Shown here: in pieces, positions 54,186 through 64,000 of the stretch
How positions within the stretch are numbered: position 1 is the first letter of the stretch
Layout: every line of letters starts with the position of its first letter
DNA from: Octopus sinensis
Taxonomy: Eukaryota
Assembly (NCBI RefSeq): GCF_006345805.1
Contig: NC_043004.1
Span: 72,168,001-72,232,000 of the forward strand
Length of the DNA stretch: 64,000 nt
Reading direction: 5' to 3'
Made by a program: the position numbers and the translations under genes
Notes under the pieces: generated by a model
The model's input: the letters and a program-made list of their open reading frames with translations, nothing else
What the model was told of the DNA's origin: nothing
Databases searched by the model: none

Positions 54186-54334
54186 GTTGAATTTCGATTA
54201 ATCGCATCTGGCGGATATTACAAATTCATATTCAATGGAGCAGGGACGAATGCTACATCGTGGTACCGAAATGATAAACTCATTGAACATAGTTTGTCGA
54301 GCAGTTATCAGTTCAACTTTACATCCAACAATGA
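54186..54334 (+). CDS. Paralog 2, coding exon b (149 nt, phase 0 to 2)
   Basis: tttgcAG|gtt gaa...aatga|GTatat; [49 protein letters not shown]. Confidence 0.9.
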
Positions 54335-54602
54335 GTATATATTATCTCCTTATTTGTGTTAACCGCTTTAAGGTTTTCGTTATAATAATAATGATTTCTC
54401 GCTGTCAAAGAATAATCGCTTATTTTGAGGGAAGAGAGAAAGCAATTCTATTGATTTCACTAATTAACTGGTATCAATTTAACGACCCTGGAATAATGAG
54501 AGGCAAGTGTTGGCTTGCTAGGATTTGAACTCAATACTTTAAGGAAAGAAACTATCACCAGTTGCATTATTTGGCACCTTGCGTTTCTTACATTCATTGT
54601 TT

Positions 54603-54656
<54 letters not shown>

Positions 54657-55714
54657 CAACAAAAACAAATATTGATGCTGTAACAGAACTAAGATTTTTG
54701 TTGAACTTAAAGATAATGAAAGAACAACAAAGATTTGTGTCAGAATGCAAATGTTAGAAGAAATGCTTTTACACAGAGGGTTCCACGGAGAAACCAAGTT
54801 TACGAAACATCATGACTCATCGCAGAATGGAGATTTATAAATAGGAAATAAAAGTCCGTTGATGGTTGCTCAAGTTAAAGCTTTAAGCATTAATTTAGTT
54901 GGGTGTGGATATTTATTCCATATTTTCAACGGGTAATGGGCGCTTATATTATCAGCAAATGGACAATAATAATTATACCTTAGCAAGCTTTGTTTCCCCG
55001 ACGTCATAAGGTTTATATTTACCTGCAAAATTATTATAGGGACATAACACCTCAGACAAAAGGTACAATCAGGAACTACAAAAGGTTCATTACGGAGATG
55101 GCAAACCAAAATCTTCTATAGGATTTTTGACATCCAAACAGAGAGAAATGAACACCATTGACCAAATATCCTTCTCAGCATCAGCATCAGTATTATTCCG
55201 CTTCTGCTCTCCAATGCAGCAGGTTGATGCCACTGGCTTTTGTTGGCTGCAATTTTCTCTGCCTCTGGCCATTTTATATTAACATCTCTCATTTCGGTTA
55301 TGAATGTTCTGCGTCATGTATATTTCTTTCTTTTTCTCTAAAGCTAATTTAGAATGGTGTAGTTCTGGTAGTCGAAGTATGTGACCTGCTAGTTCTAATC
55401 TTAATCTTCGTTATTTGAGGATTTCTCAAAGTGGTCTTGTATTCAGGGACAATAGCGAGTCCCACCGGGAGTATAATATGAGGAGTAATAGAGGAAAGAT
55501 CATCAACTGGAAAACTTTTTGACTGAAATATTACCATAAAAGTAGTAGAAAACTGTCAATAAGAAAGGATCTTCAAATAGAAATATTTAAGATGTGGGGC
55601 TTCAAAGTGAAAACCATTCCAATGATATTTGGAAATTATTTAGGTATGATGAAAGATACAAATATTGAAGCCATCTTTCGAAATTATTAGGTATGATAGA
55701 AAATATAAACATGT

Positions 55715-55915
55715 GGAGTTACATGGCCTAGTGATTAGAGTAGTGGACTCGCAGTCGAGGGATCGCGGGTTCGAATCTCAGACCGGCCGTTGTGTATGTT
55801 TATGAGCGAAACACCTAAGCTCCACGCGGCTCCGGCAGAAGGTAATGGCAAACTTCTGCTGACGTCTTCGCCACAACTTTCTCTTACTCTTTCCTCCTGC
55901 ATCTTGCGCGAAGCG
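55715..55915 (+). mobile_element. tRNA-derived SINE
   Basis: A box tggcctagtga, B box ggttcgaatct, followed by a SINE body shared with 59127-59415. Confidence 0.75.
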
Positions 55916-56887
55916 TTACTAATCCAACAGCACAATCCAAATCGAACAATCTTCAAACACACAATGCAATCAATAAAATAATCACCTAATAAAATAAAAC
56001 AGTACAACTCATGCAATATATACTTTACAAGATTAATGCCTAATAAAGTAACACAACTCATATTCCATACACTACACAAGAAATCATCAAACACTGATAT
56101 TTCACATGAAACAACAGGCTGAACGCTGCAGCAAAACAAACTTATACACAGTTCAAACAGGTTAGATCTATACTAGTCAATCACACATAAAAATGAGAAC
56201 ACAGAAAATGCTACACACATTTCCAAAACACAGAGATGCAACAAGCGTTACAATTAAAACTTGCATAAAAGTATCACAGAAATATCAACAATAGTTTCTA
56301 ATTTAAGGACAAAGCCGGGGATTCTCTGAGGCATAATCTAATACATCGTCTCCAGTGTATAACCGTTGCTTTAACCTATCGATTCTGGGGGTAAATTTGA
56401 ACTCAGAACATAAAGACCTGAAAGCATACACCTACGCCATTCCACACAGGCCATTCCAAATGCTAAACTGCTAACCTTCTATAATTATTTGTAAGGTAAA
56501 TACAAGAACTAAAATTTGCGGAGGGGAATTACGCGATTCCAATCTTAAGACAAGTAGGAGTTGACGCAGTATCTGGTTTTCTAAAATATTCTCAATGAAT
56601 TTTCCAATCAAATAGCACTTTACCATCATTAGTCGATGTGATTCGGAGTACATTCTGTCTAACAAGGAAATATGACAGGTTTGCGATTGTTGGAAAGCTT
56701 TTTGATCAAAGATTTTCTTGATCACACCTGAACTGAAGCTCAATAACAAGATCTGATTTACCCAATTACACGTTATTTATACGTTCTATAGCGTGAATTA
56801 CAAACGGGCTATGAGACACTCACTAATCTCAATGGTGGAAAGGTAAATTCGTCAATTTAATTAAGCAGAATTGATTATCATAAATAA

Positions 56888-58098
56888 ACAGACACGACAG
56901 AAGTAAATAGACAGTCATAAAATCATTAAACTTTATTTAAATCTGAAATTATATATTCAAATTATGTATTGATTCTTATAATGTGAATATTTAATATTTA
57001 GTAGACATGCTCTTGGCATTTTTCAATGCAAGGACACTATTAGGCATGTTACTGATTAGATAAATATTCTCTTCAGGAATGTATTGCCACGTTACATGCA
57101 GTAAACTCAGAAGATCTGACTGGGAGCATCCCTCATTATCCTTTTTACGAAATATCCCGTCCATTATGCCCCAAATGGATTCAATAGGATTCATATCTTG
57201 TGACTAGCTTGGGCGTTGGAGCTTCTTAATGTCATTCTCTTCCAACCAATCTTGGGTCCTTTTAGCCGTGTGACAAGGAGCCCCATCTTCCATAAAAAGA
57301 GAGACTCCTTTAATTATTTTACCTCTGGAGAAGATTGGGAAGAATCACTTCGGCAATATGGACATATATTTATTTGAGTTTATGTTTCCCTCAACCATTA
57401 CTAAAAATTGTTCCCCAGGCTGTCAAAGAATAGCCACTGTGTTTCATTGCTCACTGCAATCTCTTCACATCAAATTCTTGACCATAGAGTCTCCAGACCA
57501 ACACTCAATCACTGTCAGACAATACAGCAAATATGGACTCATGAGAGAATATTACAGTGTCCCGAAATGCTAGTGGTCCCTCCACCATGTTATTGGCCCT
57601 CTCTTCTCCTCCACTTAATAGTGGCTTGCCGAAGATGTGGCTTCCTTCTTTCTGCTTTGCCATAGCAGCCAAGATGTCTGACAGCTGCTCTGAGACCGAC
57701 ATCAACTTGTTCTACTATGCCAGACACCTCATTACGAGGATTATCCTCCATACTTCTTCTCTCAACAAAGCGAAGGGTCCTGTCAGAAGACCCTAATCGA
57801 ACTGGGCGAAGTGATGTGAACTCCTTCCCTTCTCTGCTGACTTGCACAATCACTCTATTAACTGTAGAAAGCAGCATCCCAAGGTTTTCTGCAATTTTAC
57901 GTTGGCGAAATCCACCTTCAGATTGACTGACAATACGGCCTCTTTGAAATTCGGACAGTTCTAAGGCCTCTTTTGTACGTGGCCAGATTAAACACATATA
58001 GAAACTGAACCATAAAAATGTCAATTAACAAAAACATATATACTATTCATATAATGATGTTATATGGGGTGTCTATTTATTTCTCTCATGTTTGGGCA
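56888..58098 (-). mobile_element. Degenerate Tc1-like transposon inserted just upstream of paralog 2 exon c
   Basis: [14 protein letters not shown] start, MEDGAPCHTAK and MNPIESIW; decayed TIR (gaa.taaatagaca); the flanks join into a sequence continuous in paralog 1 (15800-15860). Confidence 0.8.
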
Positions 58099-58150
58099 TC
58101 GTTGTTCAAGTTTTCATTATGACAAACCTTGTTCTATTTATCAATTGTAG

Positions 58151-58260
58151 TATCACAGAACCGTATTTTCGCATCGATTATACACACGGTCCTAGTGACG
58201 ATAACTGGATGGAAACCAAAAGGGAAAGTGGAAATTATAAAATTTATTACTCTGAAAATG
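58151..58260 (+). CDS. Paralog 2, coding exon c (110 nt, phase 2 to 1)
   Basis: ttgtAG|t atc aca gaa...gaa aat g|GTatga; (D)ITEPYFRIDYTHGPSDDNWMETKRESGNYKIYYSEN. Confidence 0.88.
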
Positions 58261-59126
58261 GTATGAAGAATGTATCATTCTGTTTCTGAGTGCAAATAAT
58301 AGTATGATAGTATGTTTGTATATACATATATATTATGTGTGTCTATGAGTATATATATTTGTCTGTATGCATATATATATATATATATATATACAGAGAG
58401 AGAGAGAGAAAGAGAGAGAGGTGGGGGTTATAAGAGGTAATGGTGTCAATAAGACCGAAAGGTGTCAGGTAATGCTGAGTAAGTGTTATGGACAGACTAT
58501 AGTTAAGTGTCAGGTTCGGTGATTATGTGAATGAAGAGTCCAACGTAGGTCATATCTCAGAAAAACATTTTCAGAATAAGATAAAAATCCAAGGCTGTGA
58601 AGGATTTTAGAACATTTATAAATAGAAGGTCTCACAGCTGTTTCAAGGATATTTTATATATCCCTTCATCGGAGACGGTGCGAGAGAATGGTTAAGCAAT
58701 AGTTATTTTAGATAAGATATGAAATAGAGAGTGAAGTGGAGGAATGAAAACAGAAGTGAGATATGCAGGGATATTGAATCTGTAGATCCATTATTTAGGC
58801 AGAATGGTTTACATATAAGATTCTAGTACCTTGTGAGTAAGTTCCAATAGTATTTAAAATTGGTCATTCCAAGTATAGAGTTTGTACACGGTGTTATTGA
58901 ATCGAGGGTTTTATTTAAAGTGACTTAATAGTTGGGAATGTATTTGTAAGATGAAATCGAAAACAGGAAGGGAGGAATAAAGAAAAGAAAAAGAAGAGTA
59001 GAAAAAAGAAGAAAGAAAAGCGGGGAGAAAGATAATAAAGAGATGAAGAGAAGGAAAGTGTGCTGGTTAATGGTCAGTCAAGATAAATTGATAGAAAGAA
59101 TGGGAAGATGTGTGTGTGTGTATGTG

Positions 59127-59411
59127 TGGAGGCGCAATGGCCCAGTGGTTAGGGTAGCGGACTCGCGGTCGTAGGATCGCGGTTTCGATTCCCAGACCGG
59201 GCGTTGTGAGTGTTTATTGAGCGAAAACATCTAAAGCTCCACGATCCCTGCTGTACTCTTTCGCCACAAGTTTCTCTCACTTTTTCTTCTGTTGGCCTGC
59301 TCGCTTAGCCAGCGGGGTGGCATCATTTGACGGCTAAAAAACAATGCGAAGCGCATTGTGACCAGCGATGTGTAGCAACATTTGATAGCCTGGTCGGTCA
59401 CGGTGATCACG

Positions 59412-59415
<4 letters not shown>
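59127..59415 (+). mobile_element. tRNA-derived SINE
   Basis: tggcccagtggttag...ggtttcgattcc head, non-tRNA body, (TA)n tail. Confidence 0.8.
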
Positions 59416-59448
<33 letters not shown>

Positions 59449-59790
59449 GGATCTAACGTATTACATTTAATTTAATTTGAGAATTAATTTCCTTAGACAA
59501 TTTATTATTTAATTATTAGGTGGTATATTTATTATGTAATATTAAATTTTAAGTTAATTAGGTATTATATTAGTTGATATTTAGTCAACTATGTTATAGA
59601 TTAATATATCAAATCTATAGATACTACACATGTACATTAATTATGTAGTTAGCTTATTTAATGAGTCTGTCTATATTTGAACCATTTCTTATTTTGATTA
59701 CAATTTAATGACTTGTACTAACATTGTATATTTTAATTAATTTTAAAGTATTTGATAATTTTTGTTTTAGTTTTCACTTATGTATATTAA

Positions 59791-59824
<34 letters not shown>

Positions 59825-60050
59825 TATTTTACTCTTTTACTCGTTTCAGTCATTTGACTGCGGCCATGCTGAAGTACCGCCTTTAGTCGAGCAAATCGAC
59901 CTCGGGACTAATTCTTTGAAAGCCCAGTACTTATTCTATCGGTCTCTTTTGCCGAACCGCTAAGTGATGGGGATGTAAACACACCAGTATCGCTCGTCAA
60001 GCAATGCTAGAGGGACAAACACAGACACATAAACATATACACACACATAC

Positions 60051-60114
<64 letters not shown>

Positions 60115-60271
60115 CAGGCTTCTTTCCGTTTCCGTCTACCACATCCACTCACAAGGCTTTGGTCGGCCCGAGGTTATAACAGAAGACACTTGCCCAAATG
60201 CCACGCAGTGGGACTGAACCCGGAACCATGTGGTTTGTTAGCAAGCTACTTACCACACATCCACTCCTGTG

Positions 60272-60272
<1 letters not shown>
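59825..60272 (-). mobile_element. tRNA-derived SINE with an internal (TA)n expansion
   Basis: Minus strand: ggcacaggagtgg...gggttcagtccc...ttgggcaagtgtctt...; tail ends gagtaaaagagta. Confidence 0.8.
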
Positions 60273-60336
<64 letters not shown>

Positions 60337-60750
60337 TAATGTATATTTATTAATTAATTTATTTATTATTCTAGTTTATTTTGAACCTGATGAGTGGCTA
60401 TATTTATATCGAAGTGATTTTACTACTACAATAATTATTTCTTAAATATAGCCACGAAACACGTGTCGTTATTCTACCTATTATATACGTTTTTATTTAT
60501 TTTTTTTGCAATTTACTTAATCATTGATATTTTATTGTTATTTTAATTTTAATATTTCTATTATATATAATTTTCTAGAGGGTGTAATTTAATTGTTCAT
60601 TTTTAATTGATAAAAGGTGGGGGTTTTTCTAATTATATATATATATATATATGTGTGTGTGGTGTGTGTGTGTGTGTGTACAAAAAGCGTAGATATATAT
60701 ACTTATAGATACATACATATATACATACATAGACAGACAGCCAGGCAGGC

Positions 60751-60822
<72 letters not shown>

Positions 60823-61051
60823 GGATGGATGGATGGTTGGATGGATGGATGGATGGATGGATGGGTGGATGGATGGATGGATGGATGGATGGATGGTTAT
60901 TCCCTGGTTTGTGTGCATGGCATATACGTATCTTTGTGCGTGTTAACATTCATACAGATATGTATGAATGTATGTATATATCGAATCATGATCATTGAGA
61001 AATACAGATAACTTCATAAATCTTTAACAAATTTTACCTTTTCTTTTCCAG

Positions 61052-61101
61052 GCAATGAAATACTTATAAACGAATTGGTCATCTCAGTCCTTTTCAAGTA
61101 G
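61052..61101 (+). CDS. Paralog 2, terminal coding exon d (50 nt to TAG)
   Basis: cttttccAG|gc aat gaa...ttc aag TAG; (G)NEILINELVISVLFK*. Confidence 0.85.
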
Positions 61102-61860
61102 AATACGCTTTATTCCAGAAGTTGTGTATCATTACGTTATTACTTCTATACACACATACATACAAACATACGTACATACATACAGACATGCATACATACA
61201 TATGTAGGTACATATAGCACATATACACAGATAACTAGATGAACAAACAGACAGACAAACAGTGGGAATGAAATGAACAATAAAATTAGATATTACAAGA
61301 AAGACAAGGTTCAACGTAAGTGGTATTAACTTAACACTTTAATGGGAATAGAGATAGTTGTAACATTACGGACGTGAGACCTTTACTGGAAGAAAGACAA
61401 AAGCATGTGGGACTGCCTAAACGGAGTTGTCAGTGAGAGAGAGAAAGAAACAGACGAAGTGTTAGGGAATGCGGTTCTATGAAAGGAAGTTAAGAAGGAA
61501 GGAGAGGTGAATGTTGATGTGCAAGTATAGACGAGCATTAATGTGTGATAAATGGCACATACGGAACTCGTATGTTTGGCGGGTGTGATGAAAGCGCGGA
61601 TGTGTGAAGAGATAGGAACGACAGAGAATTAGGCAAGAGGAATGTTGAAGGTGTGATAGGTGTGTGTGTGTGTCTAAGTGAATGAGTGTGAGATGTGTCT
61701 TGCACAGAATGAAGGTGTGAGCTAGGAGAAGCGAGAGAGAGAGAGAGAGAAGGTACGACTGCTTTAAGAGAAGAATGGATGAAAAAATATTTAATAATTA
61801 CGTGGCACTAGTAAAATCTGAATCAAAAGCAAATAACAGAAAAGTACACACACATGCTTA

Positions 61861-61921
<61 letters not shown>

Positions 61922-62249
61922 AGGATGAAAAGAAAATACTACAATCATGTCACTCCCAAATTCTTCGTCTTCTTCCACCCCTTCTCCTCCTCGTTCTTCT
62001 TCTTCTTCCCTACCAAGAATTCATAACGACCTCCAACCCACAAGAGTAAACAAGAGAGACAGAGAAAGACAGAAACAAGGAAAATTTGAACACAATAAAA
62101 GTATTCTTTTAAAAAGACTTTTGTTTTAATTTTTCTAAATTTAATACTTAATTGTTACAGCTGAAAAGTCTCAATGAGTGAAACCGGTACTGAAATGTTC
62201 TTTATAAAATTATTTTTGCATTTTCTATCCTGACTTGTTTCTTCATATA

Positions 62250-62326
<77 letters not shown>

Positions 62327-62367
62327 GTGGGAGAAATAAATATATATATATATATATATATAATATA

Positions 62368-63978
62368 CAGTGGGGAGAAATAAATATTCGTGCATGTCAA
62401 AATTCTTTATTTATTTAATTTCTAATGAACATAAATGGGATATACCAATACTATATTTGCTTACACGTGTTTAAATTAAGAATATGCAAAAGAAACTAAT
62501 AAATTATAGGAACTAGGAAATTTATATTCAATTATAAATATTTAGGGGTGAAAAAAGTATTTGTACAGAACAGAAATAACTGATAAATCTGATTTAATAC
62601 TTCGTAGCATAACCATTATTCAGTTCCACTTCAACCAATCTCTTCTTGTAGTTCTTAATCAATGACTCACATGTTTCTTTAGGAATTTTTTCCCATTATT
62701 CTTGACAAATTTCTTCAAATTTGCAATGCAGATTGGGGCTCTTGAATGAATTTTATTTTTCAAATAACGCCACAAATTTTCAATGGGGTTCAAGTCAGGT
62801 GACTGGCTTGGCCATTCTAATAATTTTATATTGTGATCGACAAGCCATTTTTTGGTAGATTTCGCTGTGCTTAAGGTCGTTATCCTGTTGTAAAATCCAC
62901 CTTCACAAAGCTGGAGCTTTTCTACAGAGTCCCATAAATTATTGTTCAAAATATTTTGGTACATCTCTGCATTCATTCTACCGTGTATCACATGTAAATT
63001 GCCAATACAATTTGCAGAGAAGCACCCCAACACTATGATGTTGCCACATCCAAACTTTACGGTAGGAATTGTGTTTTTTGGCAAATAGGCGGTACCATCT
63101 TTCCTCCAAACATGGCTATACGAATTTCGTCCAAATAATTCAATTTTCGACTCATCTGTCCATAGAATATTTTCCAAGAATATATCAGATTTAACATTAT
63201 GTTCATAAACAAATTTTATACGGGCATCTCTATGCCTTTTGGTCAACAATGGAGTTTTTCTAGGAGAGCATGACTTCAGTCATTCCTATGAAGTTCATTG
63301 CTGATTGTTCGTAGTGTAACACTAGTCCCTGAAGCTAACAAATCTTCTTGCAACTCCTTTCTGGTGATCATTGCGTTTCTTTTCTTTTTCGATTCTTCGC
63401 TTCATTTTTCTTAAAGATCTAGGAGAAATCTTACGTGGTGCACCGGATCTTATTCTGTTTTCAACAGTTCCCCGATTTTTTATATCTTTGAATAAATGAA
63501 GATATGGTAGAAAATAGAATACAAAGGGTTTCTGATATTTTCCTGTGACTTTTACCTGCTTTCCACTGTTCAATAATTAAGTTTTGCACTGAATTTGTGA
63601 GTTCTTTACTTTTCGCCATTATTACGATACTACTTTATGTTGTCTCAATGCTGAATGAAGAAGCTAGCGTTTTGACGCTTAAAATGACAACTGATAAGAT
63701 TATTGGAACAAACGAGAAAGTTCTAGTAAAACAATTATTTTAACAGTATTTTATGGCATAGAAAATCATAAATTTATTCTGCACGAATACTTTTTTCACC
63801 CCTAAATATTTATAATTGTATATAAATTCAATAGTTATTATAATTTATTAGTTTCTTTTGCATATTCTTAGTTTATGCATGTGTATGCAAATATAGTATT
63901 GGTATATCCTATTTATGTTCATTAGAAATTAAATAAAGAAAGAATTTTGACATGTACGAATATTATTTCTCCCCACTG
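62368..63978 (-). mobile_element. Full-length Tc1-like transposon (1611 bp, ~200-bp TIRs), frameshifted transposase
   Basis: TA|cagtggggagaaata...tatttctccccactg|TA; LWTDESKIELFG, QQDND (after a frameshift) and WPSQSPDLNPIENLW. Confidence 0.93.
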
Positions 63979-64000
63979 TATATGTATATACGGTAATCCC

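Noticed and set aside
53506-54362. ORFs of 159-177 aa
   Set aside because: Made of (TA)n/(CT)n repeats; only 54186-54334 is a real exon
55715-59415. tRNA-like A/B boxes at about 55725 and 59135
   Set aside because: They do not complete a cloverleaf and continue into a shared SINE body, so they are not tRNA genes

Overview
AT-rich, microsatellite-dense animal genomic DNA. The repeat landscape (tRNA/Nin-type SINEs, AAT-targeted R4/Dong-like LINEs, Penelope-like elements, mariner/Tc1/hAT relics) looks like an octopus/cephalopod genome; this is an inference from recalled repeat families. About 0.8 kb of the window is convincingly host-coding. (1) Two tandem, same-strand (+) paralogs of an uncharacterised gene, about 41-46 kb apart. 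Each has four reconstructed 3' coding exons of identical length and phase (92/149/110/50 nt) encoding a 133-aa Cys-free C-terminal region. The copies are only about 42% identical in protein, yet intron flanks remain alignable and are locally more conserved than the exons. The 5' exons were not located. (2) Penelope-associated terminal repeats carry minimal type I hammerhead ribozyme motifs with palindromic stem III. Two related subfamilies with about 360-nt tandem/permuted units show co-varying stems, resembling pLTR/retrozyme units. The rest is nested transposon debris, fold-back palindromes and microsatellites. No CRISPR, rRNA or genuine tRNA genes were found. TE boundaries are approximate; exon and ribozyme coordinates were counted by hand.
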